A stretch of 63,441 bases of DNA, filler included, from Chiloscyllium plagiosum (taxonomy: Eukaryota): NCBI RefSeq assembly GCF_004010195.1. It is 5 parts of one record of this genome, joined end to end, with 100 filler letters (N's around TTAATTAATTAA, not from the genome) between each part and the next. Parts side by side here need not be neighbours in the genome. Positions count along the whole stretch, not along the records: positions 43,627 to 57,196 come from NC_057713.1; positions 57,297 to 60,568 come from NC_057713.1; positions 60,669 to 63,441 come from NC_057713.1; 2 more parts are not named here. One strand, written 5' to 3'. The notes beneath the pieces were generated by a model, which was not told the DNA's origin, ran no database searches, and worked only from the letters and a program-made list of their open reading frames with translations. Made by a program: the position numbers and the translations under genes. The first letter of the stretch is position 1. Every line of letters begins with the position of its first letter. Shown here piece after piece: positions 53,481-63,441 of the stretch.

Positions 53481-56400
53481 GACAGTGCTTTTGAAAGGAT
53501 AGTGGAGTATCCTGCATAAATCTTTTGTCTATTAAAATCCAATGTAGTAACTTCTGTCCTCTTCAAACCCTGTCAAAAAGACCTGGCTTCCTCATTTCAA
53601 ATGAACAAAGTAAAATGAAATTATTTTTAAAAATACATTAAATTATACAAAATTTTGTTTGGCATTAACATGAATGTGGAGCTGTATTGAGTCATTTTCT
53701 GTGGTCTGAATTATTTCCAACTTAGGATCTGAAATTTATTGCTAATTGATGTCACCCCTCACATCGGTATAAATGCTGACTTCTCAGATAAGAATAATGT
53801 AGGTAGGCTTTCACCCACCCCAGTTATGGTTCGCTAAGAAAAGAACATTCCTAAGTCGGAAACAAGCAAATTGATAACAAATTAATTTAAAGTTACAAAA
53901 CGCAAATGCATGCAAATCACATCAAAATATCATACAACTGTAAAATCTAGATTTGACAATCTTAGGATTACTCTTTTCTTACATCATTTAAATAAAATCA
54001 TAATTCCTATGTTTCTTCCAAACTAAAAGTGTGGTGATAAACAATGTTTGAATACTTATGTGAATACATTCACACAAAGATATGTCTTCACCGTACAACA
54101 TATTGGTTATAATCTGTCTGGAAATATAAAGAAATCTGGTGGAAGAAAAGATCCAAACATTTCCTGGAAAAATGGAGTCAAGACAAAACATTTTTAAAAA
54201 GGTGCATTTTACCAGCTTATTTGTCATACGTAATTTTACTACTTGTTCATTACCAAATCAATACATCTGGAACGAGACTCTGGAAACATCAGCTCATTTT
54301 AAACTCTTTCCATCTCAAGTTTATATGAAATCCACAACAAGAGAAAATACCACTGAATTGACTCCATCAGGTTTCAGTCCCACATTCTATTTGTTCTGAT
54401 CGTTTCGGACAGGTTGCAGTTCCACCATCCAATCAATCAGATTTATTCTGACTGCCTCTGATTATAACTTGCAATTGACCTGACTCTCCTTTCAACTGTA
54501 CTCAAAATTGTCATAATAGTTAGGCAGCTTTATAATCAGTGTGCCTGAATTTGGCATTAGGCCATTGCAGGTTCCTATCCAAAATTGGCATGCAACAAAT
54601 TGCAGCCTGGGCCACGCAGTCAGTTTTCTCAGTGAAGCAGCGGCAAAAAGCTGTGAAGAAGCTGCTAAACAATTAAGTAGGACAAACCTGAATGTACAGC
54701 AAAGAACAAGAGAACGCTACACTGCAAATGAGTGGCTGCCATTCATTCCTATTGCCCTGATCTTGTGTGGAATTTGAGGTGGTTGTTTTCACATTTTCCC
54801 CAAAGATCAGTTTCCAGAAACTCTGTCTGGTCCCTACATCAGCACTACATTAATGAAGTCAGTGGGCTAGTTTGTCATGATCCTACCAACAGCACCTTTG
54901 GGCACATACATCAAGAGTGCACATAACTCAAGATACTATCTGCCTTAATTCAATCTACCAGCCACCAGAGTGTCATTTTCTCTTTGCTGTCTCTGGACCT
55001 CGCTCTGTGCGAGTCACTGGTGATATTTCCCAACATCACAGCAGTAAGTACTCTTCACAACTTAATCATATGCAACCTGCAGACCTGAAAGACACTGTAT
55101 GAATACAAGTTTTACTTGTTTATTTATAATTGGTTATACATTTCCCAGTGAACATAACTTTTAATGCAAATGTAAAATTTGCCCTGCAACCAGACTGTAC
55201 TTAATTCTATTTTCTTTTCCTTTGGAATATAATTTTTAAACTATTATCTTTCTTGTTCTTTGAAATAGGATCTATACTTGCTATAGATCCTAACAAGCTT
55301 TGAAACCTGCCAGTCCCGTGTACTTGCAAAGCAATGGAGAGCCCAGCTTTTCTAACAGTAATTATCAGCTGGAACATTTTACTCAGAAGAACTTTTCCAG
55401 GGAACAGGTTACAAATTTATAATGCTTAATATAAATGTTTAGCCATTCAGTTCTCAAAATGTTTCTTCTGCCACCAAGCAGATTAATGATTTATTATTTA
55501 AACAGTTGCCCTAGGTGTTAACAGTAGAGTTGTTATGATATACAAAGTGGTGGATGCTACAAACAGACTTCTACATGTTTGGGCATACATTATTACTACA
55601 ACAGAATGCAATTGAACTGTTAATCCTAGCTTAAGGATCAAGGCTCATATTGTAGATCAAAGTTGAAACAGTGGTTGGCACCAGGAGGCAGAAGGCCTGA
55701 CAACCATTTTAGATGTGTGAACTTACTTTGACCACCCACCATTTCTGGTCATGTTCTTCTCTATCTAGCTCCACTGACAGCATTTCTTTCTTGGTGGGGT
55801 ATATCTTTATTGGTGCCGGAGATCTTTCAGCATTTCACCTTGAAGTGGTCATTCTTCAAGTGTGAGCTTTACCAGTTTATGCCATTTTACCACTGCAAAG
55901 GGCAACACTACCAAACTTCATCATCACCTCCATGTTGCTGATAGAGATTAGTACCTTGTTCTCTAATCAGGGGCACCATTGAAAATTATAGCACACCTCC
56001 TGCCAGTTTGGCTAAGATCAGTCAATTCAGCACAAAGCTGAAATCAAACCTGCTTTATCATCAACTTACACCTTTAATATATACAAACATTCTGGAGAAC
56101 TTCAGAAATAGATTTAAGGAAACTTCTGACTGTTTATATCAGCATTTTTATTGTGTTAATCTGGAAGATTATCAAGGGTACTATAACATTTTTGTAGAAC
56201 TTGGCAGTATCTTCTATCACAGGGAACACATTGTTTGTCGACTAATAAAGAAACTGGGACGTGCTAGCAATTGGACTGGAACAGCAGTTGGTGGACAAGT
56301 GACTTCATGCTTTGGATGCACTCATCTCATCTTTCTTATGGGTATTCTGAATGATTCAAATGTCTGAGGCACGAGAAAATGGGCCTGTCTTTCTAATCAA

Positions 56401-56959
56401 AACAGAACCATGATTTTTGGAAAGATGTATGTCTCTCATTTACTTCGCAAAGTTCTACTGAAAACTGCAAAAAGACAACTGATGCTTAGATGATTAAACA
56501 GGATCAGGTTGTATGCAACATAGTTGCAATTCAATGGAATAAAGCACCTGACAAATTCAAAGGGAAGTTTTAGTTAGCTAAGGGTTATATTTTCAGTCAT
56601 ATTGTAATAATAAATGGAAATCACAGATGTGTGAAGACAGGCTAAAAGTATATGAGCTGCACGATCAGCAAGACAGAGCCAGCAATGCCAATGAAATATT
56701 GTGGGAATATGAGGCACATGGAAACGGAAGTGTGGGAATTGTAATATGCATGCTGTGATCTACATAAAGCTCGAAGAATTCTGTAAAGAGTGATCTTTAC
56801 ACTTTGTGATGTTAAGGCTCCTTCTCCATACGTACATGTGAAATAAACGATTATTGTCGTCTTTTCCTAAAGTGCCCTTTCAATTTACAAGGTTAACCCC
56901 CATAACAGGTTCAGCACTTCAAACCATGACTGGTACATTGTACATGTTTTAATATTGTA

Positions 56960-57196
56960 GGTAAAAACAATGACCTGATGCTGGAAACCAGATGCTGGAA
57001 ACCAGATTCTGGATTAGTGGTGCTGGAAGAGCACAGCAGTTCAGGCAGCATCCGAGGAGCATTAAAATCGACGTTTCGGGCAAAAGCCCTTCATCAGGAA
57101 TAAAGGCAGAGAGCCTGAAGCGTGGAGAGATAAGTTGGAGGGGGGGGGGGGGGGGGGTGGGGAGAAAGTAGCATAGAGTACAATAGGTGAGTGGGG
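56960..57196 (-). mobile_element. PLE 3' end with intact hammerhead core
   Basis: Minus ATTC-CTGATGA-AGGGC-TTTT-GCCC-GAAACGTC at about 57070-57101. Confidence 0.8.
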
Positions 57197-57296
57197 NNNN
57201 NNNNNNNNNNNNNNNNNNNNNNNNNNNNNNNNNNNNNNNNTTAATTAATTAANNNNNNNNNNNNNNNNNNNNNNNNNNNNNNNNNNNNNNNNNNNN
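57197..57296. other. Assembly gap with artificial spacer
   Basis: N44-TTAATTAATTAA-N44. Confidence 0.97.
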
Positions 57297-57838
57297 GATG
57301 TTGTGAAACTTGAAATGGTTCAGAAAAGATTTATAAGGATGTTGTCAGGGTTGGAGGATCTGAGCTACAAGAAGAGGCTGAACAGGCTGGGGCTGTTTTC
57401 CCTGGAGCGTCGGAGGCTGAGGGGTGATCTTATCGAGGTTTACAAAGTCGGAGGCTGAGGGGTGACCTTATAGAGGTTTACAAAATTATGAGGGGCATGG
57501 ATAGGATAAATAGACAAAGTCTTTTCCCTGGGGTCGGGGAGTCCAGAACTAGAGGGCATAGGTTTAGGGTGAGAGGGGAAAGATAGAAAAGAGACCTAAG
57601 GGGCAATGTTTTCACACAGACGGTGCTATGTGTATGGAATGAGCTGCCAGAGGAAGTGGTGGAGGCTGGTACAATTGCAACAATTAAGAGGCATTTGGAT
57701 ATGTGTAATAGGAAGGGATTGGAGGGATATGGGCCGGGTGCTAGCAGGGTGGGACGAGATTGGGTTGGGATATCTGGTCGGCATGGATGGGTTGGACCGA
57801 AGGGTCTGTTTCCATGCTGTACATCTCTATGACTCTAA
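57297..57838 (+). mobile_element. CR1 LINE 3' end with a 39-bp internal tandem duplication
   Basis: GTCGGAGGCTGAGGGGTGA.CTTAT.GAGGTTTACAAA occurs twice within about 57409-57485; CTCTATGA tail. Confidence 0.9.
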
Positions 57839-58082
57839 GTTGGGACTGCACTCTTTGGAGAGAAGGCAACTGAGAGGAAATTTACACTGGTTTTCAAAAT
57901 CAAAAGTAGGCTACGCAGAAGAGATCAGAAGAAGCTACTCCTGGTCGTTAAAGAGAAACAGTACAAAGGGATGTAGATTCAAAATGACATACAACACAAG
58001 GGTGATGCAAAGAAAACTTCCGAACAGACTAAGTCGTTAGGGTATGGAATGCACTGCCTGGAAATATGGCAGAGGCAGGTTT

Positions 58083-58400
58083 AGGATGATTAGATTCCCT
58101 ACAGTGTGGAAACAGGCCCTTCAGCCCAACAAGTCCACACCGACTCTCCAAAGAGTAACCCACCCAGACCCATTTCCCTCGGACTCCTGCACCTAACACT
58201 ATGGGCAATTTAGCATGGCCAATTTACCTTACCTGCACATCTTTGGACTGTAGGAGGAAACCGGAGCACCCAGAGAAAACTCACGCAGACACGGGGAGAA
58301 TGTGCAAACTCCACACAGACAATTGCCCAAGGCTGGAATGGAACCCGGGACCCTGGCGCTGTGAGGCAACAGTGCTAACCACTGAGGCACCGTGCCACCC
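58083..58400 (-). mobile_element. Full-length HE1-type SINE inserted in a CR1 3' fragment
   Basis: Reverse complement: GGGTGGCACGGTGCCTCAGTGGTTAGCACTG A-box, GGTTCCATTCC B-box, core and TAATC tail. Confidence 0.9.
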
Positions 58401-58432
58401 GTTTAATTAAGGCATTCAGGAGGGGGGGGATC

Positions 58433-58441
58433 CAAGATGGC
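58433..58441 (+). promoter_or_regulatory. YY1-type motif at the L1 5' end
   Basis: CAAGATGGC about 11 nt after the element start, as in L1 internal promoters. Confidence 0.6.
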
Positions 58442-58595
58442 AGCGACCCAGCAAGTCTGAGTCTATAGTGCTCCTCCCAAGACTTGGGCAAAGTGGGCCA
58501 CCCACTCCCACCACACTCACCAAATCATTTAAAATAGCTGTTTAATTTAATTAGTTGTTTAGTATTAAATTTAAACAATCTAATCTTTAGTAAAA

Positions 58596-59446
58596 ATGAC
58601 TTAAGGGAAGGGAGCCCGCAGCTCTCAGCAAGCAGGAACACCTCCCCCACCCTCTCTAGCTGCAGCAGAGACGTCCGCAGCCGCCCCGGGGGACTTACCT
58701 ACAGTGGTGAGCCTTGTGGAAATCATCTCCAAACTGGATGCTAAGATCGACGCTTTCATTGAAGAATCCCGAAGTCGTTGGGACTCACTCTCGGCCGCGC
58801 TGCAAAAGCACGACCGAAACATGAAGGAAATTGAGCGCTGAGTCGGAGGGGCGGAGCTAAAGGCCGCGACCTCCGAAACTACAGCGCAATCGGCCATGGA
58901 TCGGGTCCGGACTCTTGAACAGCGAGTCCGGACCTTAGAGAATCATATTGATGACCTCGATAATAGAGGTCATCGAAAAAATATTCGTTTGCTGGGCCTT
59001 CCCGAACGGGAAGAGGAAGGCCAGCTTACAGCATTCCTCGAGCAGTGGCTGCCACAGCTTTTAAATCTGGAGGCTGGATCAGGCCAGGTAAGGGGGGAAT
59101 ACGCGGGCCCGGCTCGAACCAGCATCCCCGCCCGGTCCTGTTCTGGCTGCAGAGCTATAGGGAGAGGCAGATACTCCTCAAAGCCTCTAGAAATCTTGGA
59201 AAAGATTCCCAAGCCATGATCTATAAAGGATCCAAGATCATGTTATTCCAGGACTTTTACCCAGCTCTGGTCCGAAAGAGGAAGGCATTCGATGAGGTGA
59301 AGAAGTGTTTAAGGGACTTAAATATTCAATACTCCTTACGCTACCCAGCGACGCTACGCTTTAAACATGAAGGATCCGTGTATAACTTCAGATCGCCGGA
59401 AAAGGCTAAGGAATTTTTGAACTCTCAGATAAATTGTAAGAGATAA
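58596..59446 (+). pseudogene. L1 ORF1 (coiled coil, RRM, CTD), disrupted
   Basis: RVRTLENHIDDLDNRGHRKNIRLLGLPEREE, PRPVL, KIMLFQDF..LVRKRKAF, YSLRYPATLR; one stop codon and frameshifts. Confidence 0.88.
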
Positions 59447-60149
59447 TGGATGTTGGTTTGCCTTTCCCCCACTCCGGTTTATATCCCCCCTCCTTTTTCT
59501 TTTTTCTTACCTTACTGTTTAATATTATCTTGGGGGTGAGGAGAGGGATTTATTTATTTGTTCTCAATTTAATGATTTTCTCCCCCCCTTGGGTTTTCTT
59601 TTATCGTTCTTTGTATGTATATATATAAATAAAAAAGCCAGGGGGTTTAGTTAAATGTTGGTGGGGGAGGTGGTTACCTTATTCTATTTTACCTCTGTCT
59701 CTCGGAGCAGGGTTGTTTTCCCTTGTTATTTTGTATTATTATATTTAATTATTATTTGTTGAGGTTGTAATTTTATAGTTATATATGTTTATACATGGTA
59801 TTAACATTACCAAATATATCCAGGTGTTGGTGTGGGTGGGTGGGGGTAGGGTGCTCACTGTTAACTCTAGCTTTGTATTATATCTGAATTCTCCTCATCC
59901 TATTGAGGAGCAGGGTCAAGGGTGGGGCATGGGTTGGGAGAGGATACGATGGACCTTTGGAAAGGAAGTGACACCCCCTAGGAACAAGGGGGAAATTCTC
60001 CATTTAAATAAGTTTTATATTTTTTTATTATTTAGAAATAGTTTTTTATTATACTGTTGAGTGTATTAGAGAGCATTCATTTTTGTGAATTTTATATGCT
60101 CTATGCTCGGGATGCTCTGGATAGGGTTTCCCATCCCGAGGGGTCTCGG

Positions 60150-60568
60150 ATGATTACGGTTGATCAGTCGGTTAAGTGATGCACCTGGAATGTCAAGGGG
60201 AGGAATTCACCAGTCAAAAGGAAGAAAATATTATCAAATCTTAAGAAAGAAAGAGTTGATATAGCCCTCCTACAGGAGACACACCTGTTGGATAAAGAAC
60301 ACTTGAAATTACGACAGGGTGGATTTTTCTTCTTTTAGCACAAAAAGTAGGGGAGTTGTTATTCTTGTTCGGAAGAATTTCCCTTTCAAAATCCTAAAGC
60401 AGATAAAAGACGAATCGGGACGATATATTCTGATTAAAGCCCTTATAAATGGAGAGGAATATGGGATTTTAAATTTCTACTGCCCCCCCGGCACACCCCT
60501 TTAAATTTATAACGGAAGCTTTCTCAAAATTGATGGCTCTTGGTGCCCGTCATACAATTATAGGGGGA
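60150..60568 (+). pseudogene. L1 ORF2 APE endonuclease N-terminus, disrupted
   Basis: TWNVKGRNSPVKRKKILSNLKKERVDIALLQETHL, KSRGVVILVRK, DESGRYILI, IIGG. Confidence 0.9.
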
Positions 60569-60668
60569 NNNNNNNNNNNNNNNNNNNNNNNNNNNNNNNN
60601 NNNNNNNNNNNNTTAATTAATTAANNNNNNNNNNNNNNNNNNNNNNNNNNNNNNNNNNNNNNNNNNNN
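60569..60668. other. Assembly gap with artificial spacer
   Basis: N44-TTAATTAATTAA-N44. Confidence 0.97.
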
Positions 60669-61176
60669 TCGCTACTACTGTATCTGCTTTATCATGTCCT
60701 CTACACTTGACCACCGCCACTTCTGCAGGTTTCATTAGGGCCTCCGCTAATCTTTTCATATCTTTTTCATGTTTAATTGGGGTTTTTGCTGCTGTTAAGA
60801 ATCCTGCTCTAATCCATTGACTGAGTTCTATCTGTATAGCCCCTGCCACATATGCAGAGTCGGTGTAGATATTTACTCTTTTTCCCTCTGACCATTCTAA
60901 CGCAGCTATCATTGCCTGTAGTTCAGCCAACTGAGCTGATTCTTTACCTGTCACTTTTCCTGTCAACAGTTCCTCAAATCCCTCACTTGTCTGTCGCACC
61001 ACTGCATAGGCTGCTTTAAGTCCTTCAGTTGGATGTCTGTAACAGCAACCATCTGTGAACAGCACTTCTTCTCGGTCTACTAATGGAATTGCCTGTAAAT
61101 CTGTCCTTACTTTGGTATTTCTCTGTACCCTTTCCTCACAAATGTGTGGCTCTCCTTCTCCCATATTATCAGCCAT
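60669..61176 (-). pseudogene. Retroviral RNase H
   Basis: VLFTDGCCYR, SAQLAELQAMIAAL, VNIYTDSAY, VAVVKCRGH; truncated by the gap. Confidence 0.92.
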
Positions 61177-61504
61177 GTTAATTCCTTCATGTGTAAAAAA
61201 TTATATGTGGTGCATTCAAGATTTTCTCTAACCTAGTTTGCCGCAATGACGTCATTGTAAAAGCTGTTGAGTTCACATAGGCCACTATACTATGTGCCGT
61301 CAGTACTGTAAATGAATGGCCCATGACTATATGTGCTACCTTTTGGAGAATTTTTGCTACCCCTGCTGCATGTTTTGTACATGGCGGGTGTCTGTCCTCC
61401 ACTGGGTCAAGAGTAACACTTACGTACATCAACACCTGCAAAATGGCTCTTTGTAATCTGGGACCGCTAAATCAGCAGCCCGCGATAGGGCCTGTTTAAG
61501 AGAT

Positions 61505-61806
61505 GCCTGCTGCCTCACAGCGCCAGAGACCCGGGTTCAATTCCCGCCTCAGGCGACTGACTGCGTGGAGTTTGCACGTTCTCCCCGTGTCTGCGTGGGT
61601 TTCCTCCGGGTGCTCCGGTTTCCTCCCACAGTCCAAATATGTGCAGGTCAGGTGAATTGGCCATGTTAAATTGCCCGTAGTGTCAGATAATGGGTAAATG
61701 TAGGGGTATGGGTGGGTTCGCTTCGGCGGGGCGGTATGGACTTGTTGGGCCGAAGGGCCTGTTTCCATACTGTAAGTAATCTAATCTAATCTAATCTAAT
61801 CTAATC
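61505..61806 (+). mobile_element. 5'-truncated HE1-type SINE inserted in the ERV RT/connection region
   Basis: GGTTCAATTCC B-box, core and (TAATC)n tail; removing it restores ADESFI-SLKQAL. Confidence 0.92.
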
Positions 61807-62745
61807 ATATGAAACTTTCGTCTGCCTCCGTAGTCCACTGCAAATGGGCCGACAAATTTCTCATACCTTGCTCATTTACCATGGCTCTGAGAGGGAAAGT
61901 GAGCTCCCCATATGATGCAATAAATTGTCTACTGTATCCTGCCAACCCAAGAAATGAGAGCATATCTTTTACAGTGACTGGTTTGGTATGATGCAGAATG
62001 GAGGATCTATGGGACGGAGACACACCTGTTCCCTGAGCAGAAATAATTCTACCCAGAAAAGACACCGTTTGTCTGCAGCATTGCTATTTAACCTGTGAAA
62101 CTTTAAAACCGACACTATACAGGTGAAACAGCAACGACTTTGTGGCTTCCAAACAAGAAACATGATCGGGTGCTGCCAAAAGAATGTCATCCACATACTG
62201 GATCAAAACCACCCCCTTTGGGAGCGTCAGATCCTTCAGCTGCTGTTTCAGTACCTGATTAAACACCCCAGGCGACAAAATAAACCCTTGAGGGACCCTT
62301 GTATAACGTAATTGTTGGCCTTTATAGGTAAACGAAAAAATGTCCCTCAAATGACCAGCTAAGGGCAAACAAAAGAACGCGTTGGCGAGATCAATGCACG
62401 AGAACCATTTATGGTCAGGGGTCAGCACAGACATCACAGTGTAAGGGTTTGGAACTGGAACTGTTGGAGTAGAAACGGCACTATTAATCCGTCGAAGATC
62501 ATGCGCCATCCTATATCTGCCTGTATTCTGCTTCTCTACAGGTAAGATAGGAGTGTTCCAAGCTGAACGGGAGGGTTCTAGCACCCCTGCTGCTAACAAT
62601 CTTTCGATTGTGTCGGCAATGCCGGCTTCAGCCTCTGGTTTGTGTGAATATTGTCTCTGCCAAATCGGAGTGTGGTCTATTAATCAAATGTGATCGGTGT
62701 GACGTGTTTGCAGTACCCAACGTCCGTTGAACTAGCTGACCACAA
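61807..62745 (-). pseudogene. Retroviral reverse transcriptase
   Basis: YVDD at 62186-62197; 1-nt frameshift near 62682; in-frame TAG at 62084-62086. Confidence 0.93.
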
Positions 62746-62859
62746 GGTATCTGGTAGTGAGTCAAGCATCGCCGCAGCCTGTGGATGGTCTGTTTTTTCC
62801 CTACCATGAAACCGTTCAATCTGCCTATGTTCCAGCAGTACCTTGTCAGTTGTCCTGTA

Positions 62860-63321
62860 CATAATTCTATAGGCTTCTTCCGATGGTGAATATTGTAAAC
62901 CGGGTAGCTGAGTCCACACCCAGTCCGTTAACACCATCAAGCGTTTGGACATAGGTCCCAGATCCTTGGCCTGATATTCAGCATGCACGGCCAATGTGAC
63001 ATGAGGTATAGCTTCTTCAGACATCTCATACCATTCCAACTGTTCTGCAGGTAATTCAACAACACCCGCCACACCTTCGTTTCCAAGCAGAATGCAACTG
63101 GAAGAAATATCCCATTGAGTCCCTTCTAAGTGCTGATAGAATGCATGCTGATAAATTTCATTATCATCTCTATCATAATATAAAGTAACATGAAGGGAAT
63201 CTGCAGGAGGAGCATAGGGATGCAACATCTGAACCCAGGGTCGCCATTGACTGTATAAAGACTGTATGCCATTGTTTTGCCTGTTTTCGTGTTCGAGAAG
63301 TCCCCAGTATATATCTGCCCA
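62860..63321 (-). CDS. 2H phosphoesterase-like domain within ERV pol
   Basis: LHVTL (HVT at 63184-63192) and PHVTLAV (HVT at 62995-63003), 63 aa apart, in an open frame between the presumed protease end and the RT start; domain limits approximate. Confidence 0.75.
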
Positions 63322-63441
63322 CTGCCCTTCTGCCGTTGGTGATGTGTCTGGTGATAACATCATTTGGGATCCAGAGTGAATCATTGTCATAGAACAGTTG
63401 ACGGAATGGCCATTTGGAAAGGTCACCACCAGTCCATCTGG

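Larger units (their letters stand above)
58422..60568 (+). mobile_element. L1-clade LINE, 5' portion (5' UTR, ORF1, spacer, start of ORF2), cut by a gap
   Basis: G-run plus CCAAGATGGC at the 5' end; ORF1 and APE endonuclease motifs listed below. Confidence 0.9.
60669..63441 (-). mobile_element. pol: Endogenous retrovirus pol (class I, fish-ERV-like): protease end, 2H domain, RT, connection, RNase H
   Basis: TLWSASSTDVG, IWQRQY, AWNTPILPV.K, DLRRIN, IDLANAFF, PQGF, QYVDDILLA, SFLGLAGY, a retrovirus-type connection domain, then FTDG..SAQLAEL..VNIYTDSAY. Confidence 0.93.

Noticed and set aside
57141..57157. Long poly-G run with G-quadruplex potential
   Set aside because: Expansion within a PLE purine tract beside a gap; length is unreliable.
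58340..58400. tRNA-like A/B boxes
   Set aside because: Head of an HE1-type SINE, not a tRNA gene.
62084..62086. In-frame TAG as a programmed readthrough site
   Set aside because: It lies inside RT where a Leu is expected (K*Q), not at the gag-pol junction; most likely a nonsense mutation.

Overview
Repeat-rich vertebrate genomic DNA, inferred to be from a shark (HE1-type SINEs, abundant CR1/HER1-like LINEs). Four artificial 100-bp gaps (N44-TTAATTAATTAA-N44) split it into five segments. I find one convincing host exon (minus strand, 10467-10637, CCDC102A/B family), so most of the window is probably intronic. The rest is mostly retroelements: CR1, Rex1/Babar, many Penelope-like element (PLE) pieces carrying minimal hammerhead-ribozyme motifs (several as near-perfect palindromes with target-site duplications, TSDs), a Gmr1-type Gypsy element with both LTRs and an internal inversion, and the 5' part of an L1. 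The last segment holds a mildly degraded endogenous retrovirus pol. Its most notable feature is an uninterrupted 2H-phosphoesterase-like domain (two HxT motifs) between protease and reverse transcriptase. Most ORFs in the supplied track are retroelement debris or chance ORFs. Family assignments come from motif recognition, not database searches, and repeat boundaries are approximate unless a TSD is given.
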